NCBI GenBank assembly: GCA_017478105.1
Contig: JAFVEF010000037.1
Coordinates: 5,945-69,944 of the forward strand
DNA length: 64,000 bases
From: Bacilli bacterium
GTDB lineage: Bacteria > Bacillota_I > Bacilli_A > RF39 > UBA660
Reading direction: 5' to 3'
In this document: positions 20,609-28,719 of the stretch, piece after piece
How positions within the stretch are numbered: position 1 is the stretch's first letter
Layout of the letters: every line of letters starts with the position of its first letter
Notes under the pieces: generated by a model
Seen by the model: the letters and a program-made list of their open reading frames with translations, nothing else
The model's database searches: none
Told to the model about the DNA's origin: nothing
Position numbers and translations under genes: made by a program

Positions 20609-20642
20609 TTTTATCACCTGCATTTAGTATAACATAAATTTC

Positions 20643-20792
20643 TTAATCATTATAGTTTAATCTAACATTAACATAAGTATTATTATCTTCATTATTTAAC
20701 CTTTCTACTCTATTTCCAACAAGTACTAAATAAAGACCAAATAATAAATAAATACTTAGTATAATAAATCCTCTCATAATAATTTTTTTCAT
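20643..20792 (-). CDS. 49-aa membrane protein divergent from lexA; candidate SOS-induced division inhibitor (YneA/SosA analogue)
   Basis: Absent from the ORF track (<60 aa). Sequence: MKKIIMRGFIILSIYLLFGLYLVLVGNRVERLNNEDNNTYVNVRLNYND. GAGAGGAGTG RBS 6 nt upstream. Consensus promoter with a LexA box in its spacer. Confidence 0.65.
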   Translation of the reverse strand: MKKIIMRGFIILSIYLLFGLYLVLVGNRVERLNNEDNNTYVNVRLNYND

Positions 20793-20819
20793 ATCAATCA
20801 CTCCTCTCTTATTATCTAA

Positions 20820-20848
20820 ATTATATATCGAATAATTGTTCGTGTCAA
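20820..20848 (-). promoter_or_regulatory. Sigma-A type promoter of the small ORF with an embedded LexA box
   Basis: On the minus strand: TTGACA (20848-20843), 17 nt, TATAAT (20825-20820). The 17-nt spacer contains CGAACAATTATTCG. Confidence 0.7.
20829..20842. promoter_or_regulatory. LexA (Cheo/SOS) box 1
   Basis: CGAATAATTGTTCG (minus strand CGAACAATTATTCG) against the Firmicute consensus CGAAC-N4-GTTCG; one mismatch. Confidence 0.7.
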
Positions 20849-20856
20849 TATAAATT

Positions 20857-20870
20857 GAAACATTTGTTTG
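20857..20870. promoter_or_regulatory. LexA box 2 (weaker), overlapping the lexA -35
   Basis: GAAACATTTGTTTG keeps the AAC-N4-GTT core. It overlaps TTGACA at 20868-20873, which is spaced 17 nt from TAACAT at 20891-20896. Confidence 0.4.
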
Positions 20871-20918
20871 ACATTTTTACTACCATATGTTAACATATAT
20901 ATAGAAGGAGTTTTTTAT

Positions 20919-21536
20919 ATGGAAAAATTAACAAATAAACAAAGTGTTATTTTACAAGTATTAAAAAAATTAATTGCGAAAAACGGATATCCACCTACTG
21001 TTAGAGAAATTGGTGAAGAAGCACATTTATCTTCTCCTGCAACTATTCACTTTCACCTAACTAAACTAGAAGAAAAAGGATATATTAAAAAGAATGATAA
21101 TAAAAATAGAACTATAGAAATATTAGTACCAAATGAATATTTAGAAAAGGATGAAAATGTTGTTGAAGTTCCACTTCTTGGAAAAGTAACAGCTGGTTCT
21201 CCAATAGAAGCAATCGAAACACCAGATGAATATTTTGCTCTTCCTGCTAACTTAATAACTACTAAAAATGATGTTTTTACTTTAACTGTAAGTGGTGAAT
21301 CAATGATAAAAGTTGGAATCTATGATGGAGATATACTAATAGTCGAAAGAAGAAATACTGCTAAAAACGGTGAAACAGTAGTTGCTATGAATAACGACAA
21401 TGAAGTAACTGTTAAAACTTTTTATAAAGAAGATGGTTATTTTAGACTGCAACCAGAAAATGATACAATGAATCCAATCATTTTAAAAGAAGTAACTATT
21501 CTCGGAAAAGTTATTGGATTATATAGAAAATTATAA
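20919..21536 (+). CDS. lexA: LexA repressor
   Basis: MEKLTNKQSVILQVLKK... winged-helix N-terminus. VTAG/SP cleavage site. S24 peptidase SGESM plus Lys (VTVKTF). GAAGGAG RBS. The ORF-track start at 20868 is too early. Confidence 0.93.
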   Translation: MEKLTNKQSVILQVLKKLIAKNGYPPTVREIGEEAHLSSPATIHFHLTKLEEKGYIKKNDNKNRTIEILVPNEYLEKDENVVEVPLLGKVTAGSPIEAIETPDEYFALPANLITTKNDVFTLTVSGESMIKVGIYDGDILIVERRNTAKNGETVVAMNNDNEVTVKTFYKEDGYFRLQPENDTMNPIILKEVTILGKVIGLYRKL

Positions 21537-21625
21537 TAAAAAAGAGACTAACGTTGAACTGCACCCTTTAGAGTAGACACTAATAAAAAAATAGGTTCAG
21601 TGATATAATACACTTCCGAAAGGAG

Positions 21626-21931
21626 GTGTATTTTTTTATGGCTTCTAAAGGACAAAAATATAATAAATACACAAAAGAATTTAAAAATATGGTTATTAGT
21701 GAAAAGACTCAAGGAATATCATATAGTTATTTGTCCAAAAAATATAATATATCAGTTGGTACTTTAATGACTTGGTATCATAAATATAATCGACCTGATT
21801 TATATCCAAATCAAGGTCAAAAGAAAGGCCCAAAAAATGATAAAAATCTAACCAAAGAAGACTGGAAAGAAAGATATGAAATACTAAAAAAATACCAGGC
21901 CTTCCTCAAGGCACAACGAGAGAGAAAGTAA
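21626..21931 (+). CDS. IS3-family transposase OrfA (HTH)
   Basis: 101 aa (KYNISVGTLMTWYHKY). Contains A AAA AAA at 21886-21892 in the zero frame. Confidence 0.85.
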   Translation: MYFFMASKGQKYNKYTKEFKNMVISEKTQGISYSYLSKKYNISVGTLMTWYHKYNRPDLYPNQGQKKGPKNDKNLTKEDWKERYEILKKYQAFLKAQRERK

Positions 21932-22764
21932 CATTTATAAATTTATATAGAAATAATTATAAACTTACTAACATGTGTGCCGTACTTAATATAAGTCCTA
22001 AAACTTATTATAAATATAGAAGTAAGGAAGATCCTGATTATTATGATTATTTAATAATTAAAGAAGTATTTGATAATTCTAAAGGTACATATGGTTATCG
22101 TAGAATTGTGGAAGGCCTAAAAATCAAATATGGGGTTGTGATGAACGGAAAGAAGGTATTAAGAATAATGAAAAAATACAATTTAATGGCAGAATATATA
22201 AGAAAAGCCAAGATTAAACATAAAAACATTAGAATTGAAGATAACGTTAAACCAAATTTATTAAATAGAAATTTTAATACTAATAAGCTAAATCAAGTAT
22301 GGGATACAGATGTAACATATTTGATAATTAAAGGTTCAAGAGCTTATTTATCCACAATAATAGATTTGTATGATAGACATGTGGTTTCATATAAAATATC
22401 TAAACATAATGATAATAAACTAGTGATGGATACTTTGAATGATGCCTTAACAAAAGAAAAAGATGTACATGGACTAATCATTCATAGTGATCAAGGTTTC
22501 CAATATACATCTTATGAGTACAAAGCTATATGTGGATCAAATGGAATACAAATTTCTATGAGTAGAAAAGGTACTCCTATAGATGATTCACCAATAGAAA
22601 GCTGGCACGCTCTTCTAAAGAAAGAAACTTTGTACAATAATAATATTACATCTTTACAAGAATATATTCAACTTGTAGAAGAATGGATATTATTTTACAA
22701 TACAACTAGGTTAAAGTCAAAAGTTAAAAAAAAGAGAAAAACTTATACAAAAAGAGAAAAATAA
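21892..22764 (+). CDS. IS3-family transposase OrfB (DDE integrase domain), expressed as OrfAB by a -1 frameshift
   Basis: The -1 frame is open from the A7 site (..ILKK/IPGLPQGTTREKVTF..) into ORF-track 21973-22764. DDE region: WDTDVTYL, IHSDQGFQYTS, ESWHALLKKE. Confidence 0.85.
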   Translation: MPGLPQGTTREKVTFINLYRNNYKLTNMCAVLNISPKTYYKYRSKEDPDYYDYLIIKEVFDNSKGTYGYRRIVEGLKIKYGVVMNGKKVLRIMKKYNLMAEYIRKAKIKHKNIRIEDNVKPNLLNRNFNTNKLNQVWDTDVTYLIIKGSRAYLSTIIDLYDRHVVSYKISKHNDNKLVMDTLNDALTKEKDVHGLIIHSDQGFQYTSYEYKAICGSNGIQISMSRKGTPIDDSPIESWHALLKKETLYNNNITSLQEYIQLVEEWILFYNTTRLKSKVKKKRKTYTKREK

Positions 22765-22831
22765 TTTTCTCTTTTTAATATACCTATTTTTTTATTAGTG
22801 TCTCCAAAATAGGGTTCACATCACGTCTCTT

Positions 22832-23515
22832 TTATTTTTTTAAAAAATCTCTTACAACATAACTAGCTATTAAAAGTCCAGCACTTCCAGGAACAAAACT
22901 AGAAGATCCTGGAGTTCTATCTTTAATCTTAATAGGTAATTCCAAAGAAGATAAAACCATTACTTTTTTATTTGTTTTCATATCATTAACGTATTTTCTA
23001 ATAATTTTAGCTAATGGATCATTAATAGTTTTTCTTATATCAACTATTTCTAATTTACTAGGATCTAATTTATTACCAGTACCCATACAACTAATAAATT
23101 TAATATCTAATTCCAAACATTTACTAATTACACTCTTTTTAGTACTAACAGTATCACAACAATCTATAAAATAATCAAATTTATAATTAAATAACTCTTT
23201 AATATTATCATTATCAATAAAACTATCAATACAAATAACTTCACAAGAACTATTAATATCTTTAACTCGCTCTTTTAAAACATCTACTTTTTTCATCCCA
23301 ATTGTTGAGTCTAAGGCAATTATTTGTCTATTAATATTACTTTCATCAACTATATCATAATCAACTAAAATAAGTGTTCCAATACCACTTCGAGCTAGAG
23401 CTTCACAAACATAACCACCTACTCCACCTACACCAAGTATTAAAACACTTTTCTTACTTAATAATTCAACAGAATCTTTCCCAACAATCTTCTCAAACCT
23501 AGAAAATTTATTCAT
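22832..23515 (-). CDS. tcdA: tRNA threonylcarbamoyladenosine dehydratase (ThiF/MoeB-family, YrvM-like)
   Basis: ILGVGGVGGYVCEALARSGIGTLILVDYDIVDESNINRQ. Likely start is ATG 23515 (MNKFSRFE), overlapping the upstream stop. Confidence 0.85.
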   Translation of the reverse strand: MNKFSRFEKIVGKDSVELLSKKSVLILGVGGVGGYVCEALARSGIGTLILVDYDIVDESNINRQIIALDSTIGMKKVDVLKERVKDINSSCEVICIDSFIDNDNIKELFNYKFDYFIDCCDTVSTKKSVISKCLELDIKFISCMGTGNKLDPSKLEIVDIRKTINDPLAKIIRKYVNDMKTNKKVMVLSSLELPIKIKDRTPGSSSFVPGSAGLLIASYVVRDFLKK

Positions 23516-24332
23516 CAAGTGTTTTCTCCACTTCATCTACTCTTTTATATAATTGTTTTGGTTTTTGATTAGATTGAACAATAACTAAAGGTTTTCCATA
23601 TACTAATTTATGAACATAAGATAATCTAGTAAATATTTCTGTATTATTAATTGCCATTTTATAATAATTATTTAAATTCTTATATTCCCTAGTATTAATA
23701 TTACCAAATACTTTTAAAGTATCTAAGAAGTTATCTTCAGGAATAGTAGTTTCTGACAAAATAACACAATCAAATTCACGAATAAAATCAATAGTATCTT
23801 TAACATCCATTATTCCTGCTTCTTCAAATAATAAAGGCCATTCAGACTGATCTCTATGGTCTTTTATAATTCTTTGTAATAAAGCTATCTTTTCACTAGT
23901 TAATGTTTTATCAATTCCAAGTTTCTTTAAAGAAACATATTTTCCTCTATTTCCAACTTTAGGAATCTTTTTTCTAATATCAGTAAGTAATCTACTATAT
24001 AGTTTATCTAAATTATCATTAACTTTCTTAGGTATATTAGATACTTCATATACATCATAGACATCTGAATCTCTTTCAACTTTTGTAGTTATTAAAAAAC
24101 TATTATTTTTATTTAATAAAGATTTACTACGTACAAAATCAACTTCCGCAGAAATATCATTAGCTACATTAAATGATGATTCTGAAAATTTATTACTATT
24201 TATAATAATATCACTTTCTAATGCATCATCATATTTAACACCACTACGTACTTTTTCTACATTTTTAAGTCGAATCTCAACGTTTAAAATATGATTTTTA
24301 TGTACTATAGGAAGAATAACCATATTCCTCAC
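23508..24332 (-). CDS. Hypothetical protein (274 aa), overlapping the tcdA start
   Basis: Long ORF with no motif I recognise. Its stop overlaps the tcdA start (cttgATGAATAA). Confidence 0.5.
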   Translation of the reverse strand: MRNMVILPIVHKNHILNVEIRLKNVEKVRSGVKYDDALESDIIINSNKFSESSFNVANDISAEVDFVRSKSLLNKNNSFLITTKVERDSDVYDVYEVSNIPKKVNDNLDKLYSRLLTDIRKKIPKVGNRGKYVSLKKLGIDKTLTSEKIALLQRIIKDHRDQSEWPLLFEEAGIMDVKDTIDFIREFDCVILSETTIPEDNFLDTLKVFGNINTREYKNLNNYYKMAINNTEIFTRLSYVHKLVYGKPLVIVQSNQKPKQLYKRVDEVEKTLDE

Positions 24333-24406
24333 CTCACTCGGCTATTTTACCATAAAACAACAATTATTTCAAGAAAAAAAGCTAGAATCTAGCTTTTTAT
24401 ATTATT

Positions 24407-26293
24407 TTAATTCCAAGGTTGACTCTTATATACTGTATTAGTTGGAGTATCTTTAGTAATAGCAGTAATCCCTACACTGTCTCCTTGTGCATACATTCTA
24501 TTTTTAAGTGGGATAGTGTTAGTTCCAATTCTCAAGTCTTTAGGTGTTACTAATTCAATAAGATCATAATAGCTAATATTGATAGCTAAAGAACCTGAAT
24601 TTTCAAAATTACTTAAATCTAATCCACTTAAATTTAATTTTTCTAAAGAAGCAACACTATCAAACACTCCATAAAATTTTGTAATTTCTACATTTGTAAT
24701 ATCAAAACTACTTAAATCTATTTCTTTTAATTTTGGAACATATTTAAACATATAATTCATATTGGTTACTTTACTTGTATCAAAGCTGCTTAGGTCTAAT
24801 TCTTCAATTTCATTATTTAATCCAAAATAAAACATATAACTCATATCTGTAACATCAGATGTATCAACATTTTTTAAGTTAATTTTTTTAAGGTTTGGAA
24901 CTGCATTAAACAAATTGGAACAATCACTGGGTAATTTAGCATTTTCTAAGCTTAGATACTTTACTGTTTCATTTGGCACTCTATCAAACATATTATATAA
25001 CAATTGACTCTTTTCATAATTTGAAAAATCAAGATTATCTAATATTAAAGTTTCTAAAGATGTCATGTCTTCAAAAATAGAATCGAAAGAACTTGAGCTT
25101 ACTTTAGAAACATTAAAATTGCTTAAATCCAATTCTTTCAAATTAATTAAATACGTAAACATATGACTCATATCAGTGACATTGCTTGTATCAAAGCTAC
25201 TTAAATCTAGCTCAGTTATTTCACTAGCACCATTAAACATATTACTCATATTGGTAACATTTTTAGTATTATAATTTTTTAAATTTATATCTGTCAACAT
25301 TATATTCCCTTGAAACATTGACCTCATATTAGTAACATTTGATGTATCAAAATTGCTTAAATCTAAAGAAGATACTTTACTATAAGTAAACATAGATCCC
25401 ATATCTGTAACTTTAGAGGTATCAAAGGATGAGAAATCTAAACTAGTTACATTTGAATTTGCAAACATACCACTCATATCAACAACATTTTCTGTATTAA
25501 AACTACTTAAATCAATACTTGTCGCATTACTAGATGCAAAAGTACCTGACATACTAACTATCGGTTGACCATTTATTGATGTACATAACTTAGTAGTTAC
25601 TGGATCAGTTGAACTTCTGTCTTTTAATCCAACCTGCCAACCATTTAAACTACTGTTATATGAATATCCATATTGACCATTTTCATAACTAGTTGCACTT
25701 TCTGAAGTACAAGGATTAACTATACCATCAGACTGAACATAGCCTAACGTTACATTTATATTAAATGATTTATCTTCACCTGGATAATTACTTGTATCAG
25801 CATTTTCTAAATATTTAAACGATACTTTTATTGTTCGGGTTCTACCTGCAAGTAAAACATCATCTACTTTTACTGGAAAGCCGCTATCATAATTTAATTC
25901 ATAATTAAAATACTTGGCATCATCTTCAGATAATTCTGGTTGCATAACAATACTACCAATTTGTGCATCTATTGTTCCAAAGTTTACTACATCAATATAA
26001 AACTCATACTTATCTCCTGGATTTTCCAATTGAGCAGAAAAACTAACTGTAGTTAATTCTGATATTGCAGGAGCTGTAGTAGGAGTAACACTTCCTTCTA
26101 CTGGTTGAATATTATCAAAGTGAACATTCCATTCATTATCTTTTAACTTAGTAACTCCAACAATTGATAAATCTGTCCTTAAATATGCATATCCTAAACC
26201 TAGAGCTACACATACTAAAACAAATAAAGGTAATAAGAATCTTGTTTTATAATTATATTTAAACTTTTTAACAAATCTTCTTTTAAACTTCAT
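24407..26293 (-). CDS. BspA/DUF285-type leucine-rich-repeat surface protein with the shared N-terminal module
   Basis: 628 aa. Anchor followed by GLGYAYLRTDLSIVG, then NEWNVHFDNIQPVEGSVTPT...GTIDAQI. About 12 repeats of the type DLSSFDTSNVTDMSHMF. Confidence 0.8.
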   Translation of the reverse strand: MKFKRRFVKKFKYNYKTRFLLPLFVLVCVALGLGYAYLRTDLSIVGVTKLKDNEWNVHFDNIQPVEGSVTPTTAPAISELTTVSFSAQLENPGDKYEFYIDVVNFGTIDAQIGSIVMQPELSEDDAKYFNYELNYDSGFPVKVDDVLLAGRTRTIKVSFKYLENADTSNYPGEDKSFNINVTLGYVQSDGIVNPCTSESATSYENGQYGYSYNSSLNGWQVGLKDRSSTDPVTTKLCTSINGQPIVSMSGTFASSNATSIDLSSFNTENVVDMSGMFANSNVTSLDFSSFDTSKVTDMGSMFTYSKVSSLDLSNFDTSNVTNMRSMFQGNIMLTDINLKNYNTKNVTNMSNMFNGASEITELDLSSFDTSNVTDMSHMFTYLINLKELDLSNFNVSKVSSSSFDSIFEDMTSLETLILDNLDFSNYEKSQLLYNMFDRVPNETVKYLSLENAKLPSDCSNLFNAVPNLKKINLKNVDTSDVTDMSYMFYFGLNNEIEELDLSSFDTSKVTNMNYMFKYVPKLKEIDLSSFDITNVEITKFYGVFDSVASLEKLNLSGLDLSNFENSGSLAINISYYDLIELVTPKDLRIGTNTIPLKNRMYAQGDSVGITAITKDTPTNTVYKSQPWN

Positions 26294-26346
26294 AGTATTC
26301 TCCTATTGTCTATTTAATTATAATATAAAATTATTTTTTAGACAAT

Positions 26347-26528
26347 AAAAAAAAGTCAAGATAGATCGTCGTCGGCCAACGATAAAACCTAATCTTCTGA
26401 TCAGGTGGGTGTTCATACGCTATCATTAGGATCCTTAAACTAGTAAGTATTCAACACCGATAGCTGTTCCGAACTCCCGTATCGTTATTTTAGTCGGTTT
26501 TATATGTGCCTGTTCGAATCTATCTGAC
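26347..26528 (-). ncRNA. ssrS: Candidate 6S RNA (ssrS/bsrA-like), about 182 nt
   Basis: GC-enriched island. Promoter TTGTCG (26564-26559), 18 nt, TATAAT (26540-26535). Predicted rod: closing stem GUCAGAUAGAU.../...AUCUAUCUUGAC plus AUAAAACC/GGUUUUAU; roughly 17+17-nt central bubble; inner helices GGGAGUUC/GAACACCC and GCUAUC/GAUAGC. Ends in U8. Lies in the aspS-tcdA interval, where B. subtilis 6S-1 maps. Confidence 0.6.
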
Positions 26529-26615
26529 AACTTTATTATACTATACTATAAATATTTTCGACAAGTCCTTTAACACTATTTTACAACTAATCATACAATA
26601 CTCTAGGTGATTACT

Positions 26616-27392
26616 ATGTATTATAAACATAAAAACATGACGATTAATTATGAAAAATATGGTAATTGTAAAAAAACTATCATTATTCTACCAGGTTGGG
26701 GAAATACTAGAAATACTTTTAATTATATTATTAATCATTTTAAAGATAAATATACTATCTATATATTTGATTATCCTAGTTTTGGAAAAAGCCCCTTACC
26801 AAATAAAACTCTAACTATTTATGATTACGCAGATACCATATATGATTTCCTAAAAAAAGAAAAAATAATTAAACCAATTATAATAGCTCATTCTTTTGGA
26901 GGAAGAATTACTTCAATTTTACTTGGAAAACTAAATTATAAAACAAATAAAATTATACTTATAGATGTCGCAGGAATAAAAGAAACTAAAAATATCAAAG
27001 TATCTATTAAAACTATTATTTATAAATTACTTATAAAATTAACTATCTTTATCCCCAAAAGAAAAAGATCTAACATAAAAACTAAACTATTTAACACCTT
27101 CTCAAGTAGCGATTATAAAGAATTACCTAAGATAATGAGACAAACTTTTCAAAATATTGTTAAGGAAAACTTGCTTAAATACTATAAGAATATTGATTGT
27201 GAAACTCTAATAATATGGGGAGAAAAAGATAAAGATACATCAATTAAATCTGCCTATATTATTAATAAAGTCATAAAAGATTCAGGACTAATAATAATTA
27301 AAGATGGAAATCATTTTAGTTATTTAAAAAATCCTTATACATTTAATATTATAATTGAAGAATATATAAGTAAAAAAGAGTTACACATGTAA
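26616..27392 (+). CDS. Alpha/beta-fold hydrolase
   Basis: Nucleophile elbow IIAHSFGG, then GEKD and GNHF near the C-terminus. ATG 26616 lies behind AGGTGA. Confidence 0.7.
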   Translation: MYYKHKNMTINYEKYGNCKKTIIILPGWGNTRNTFNYIINHFKDKYTIYIFDYPSFGKSPLPNKTLTIYDYADTIYDFLKKEKIIKPIIIAHSFGGRITSILLGKLNYKTNKIILIDVAGIKETKNIKVSIKTIIYKLLIKLTIFIPKRKRSNIKTKLFNTFSSSDYKELPKIMRQTFQNIVKENLLKYYKNIDCETLIIWGEKDKDTSIKSAYIINKVIKDSGLIIIKDGNHFSYLKNPYTFNIIIEEYISKKELHM

Positions 27393-27397
27393 CTCTT

Positions 27398-28717
27398 TTA
27401 AGGTTCTATTCTATTAGGTCCTCTAAATAGGAATTGGCTCTCTTTAACGCTTGGTATTCCAAGTAATAACATAGTTAAACGATCTACTCCTATTGCAAAT
27501 CCACCATGTGGAGGACATCCATGTTTAAAGAAATCTAAATAGAATTCAACATCTTTTCCTAATCCTTTTTCTTTAGCGTTTTTAACAATCTCTTCATATC
27601 GATGTTCTCTTTGAGCACCAGTTGTAATTTCAACACCTCTCCAAATTAAATCATAACCTTGTAATTTTCCATTTTCATCTCTCATATGATAGAATGCTCT
27701 CTTTTGAGCTGGGAAATCAACTACAAATAAGAATTCAGAATTAAATTTATCCATTGCTAGTTTGTAGCAAAGTCTTTCAGCTTCAGTAGTTAAATCATTC
27801 TTTAATTCATCTTCTACTTTATAATTATATTTTTCTTCTAATTCTTTATAAATCTCAGATAAAGTCATTTTAGGAAATGGTGTCTTTGGAACTACAACAT
27901 CTAAATCATATACTTCTTTAATTTTTTCTCCATACTCAGCTTTAACTTTTTCTAAAGCATAAGCAAGCATTTCAGCTTCTAAATTCATAACATCATTATA
28001 ATCATTAATATAAGCAAACTCTACATCAAATGAAGTAAATTCAGTTGCATGTCTAGAAGTATTAGAATTTTCGGCTCTAAAACAAGGTGCCACTTCGAAA
28101 ACTCTTCCAAATCCAGAGGCTAAAGCCATCTGTTTATAAAATTGTGGACTTTGCGCTAAATAAGCTTTTCTATCAAAATATTTTACTTCAAAAACTTCAC
28201 TTCCAGATTCACTAGCAGCTCCAATTATTTTAGGTGTATGAATTTCTGTAAATCTATTATTATATAAATACTCTCTCATATATCTTACAATAGCACTTTG
28301 TACTTGAAATAATAATATATTTTTTTCACTTCTAAGATCGATATATCTATAATCCAGTCTAGTATCCAAATTAACTGTAGAAATATCTTTATAATTAAAA
28401 GGTAATTCTTCTAAGTTCTTACTAGTAACTTCAATAGTCTTAGGTATAATTTCCATACCTCCCATTTTTACTTTAGGAGCTTCCATCAAAGTACCACTTA
28501 CTTTAATAGTAGATTCAACAGGTAATTCATTAACTATCTCAACTAATTCTTTCATTGCCTCATCACTTTTTTCAATAGTTATTTGAACCTTACCAGTTTC
28601 ATCTCTAAGTACAATAAACTGAACCCATTGAAGATTTCTAACATTATCAACAAACCCACTTACTGTAACTTCTTGTCCATAATATTTTTTTAAATCTCCG
28701 ATAAATAATCTTTCCAT
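27398..28717 (-). CDS. aspS: Aspartate--tRNA ligase, short (archaeal/type-2-like) class IIb form
   Basis: 439 aa, with an OB-fold N-terminus. Class II motifs FRAENSNTSRHATEF and GGFAIGVDRLTMLLLG. Second gene of a hisS-aspS operon behind a T-box with a GAC specifier. AsnRS cannot be excluded from motifs alone. Confidence 0.7.
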   Translation of the reverse strand: MERLFIGDLKKYYGQEVTVSGFVDNVRNLQWVQFIVLRDETGKVQITIEKSDEAMKELVEIVNELPVESTIKVSGTLMEAPKVKMGGMEIIPKTIEVTSKNLEELPFNYKDISTVNLDTRLDYRYIDLRSEKNILLFQVQSAIVRYMREYLYNNRFTEIHTPKIIGAASESGSEVFEVKYFDRKAYLAQSPQFYKQMALASGFGRVFEVAPCFRAENSNTSRHATEFTSFDVEFAYINDYNDVMNLEAEMLAYALEKVKAEYGEKIKEVYDLDVVVPKTPFPKMTLSEIYKELEEKYNYKVEDELKNDLTTEAERLCYKLAMDKFNSEFLFVVDFPAQKRAFYHMRDENGKLQGYDLIWRGVEITTGAQREHRYEEIVKNAKEKGLGKDVEFYLDFFKHGCPPHGGFAIGVDRLTMLLLGIPSVKESQFLFRGPNRIEP

Positions 28718-28719
28718 AA

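Larger units (their letters stand above)
21555..22822 (+). mobile_element. IS3-family insertion sequence (about 1.27 kb), apparently intact
   Basis: Imperfect terminal inverted repeats: left TGAACTGCACCC...GACACTAATAAAAAAATAGGT, right ACCTATTTTTTTATTAGTGTC...GGGTTCACA(TC), with a 21-nt perfect inner block. Has orfA/orfB with an A7 slippery site. ACGT lies on both flanks (21551-21554 and 22823-22826). The exact right end is uncertain within 2 nt. Confidence 0.85.

Noticed and set aside
26347-26528. The structured RNA could be an SRP RNA, a T-box or another riboswitch controlling the BspA gene or the hydrolase.
   Set aside because: It has no SRP domain IV signature (GGUCCGGAAGGAAGCAGC-like) and no T-box GGUGGNACCGCG. 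It has its own consensus -10 and U8 terminator, a rod-with-central-bubble fold, and bsrA-like synteny, all of which fit 6S better.
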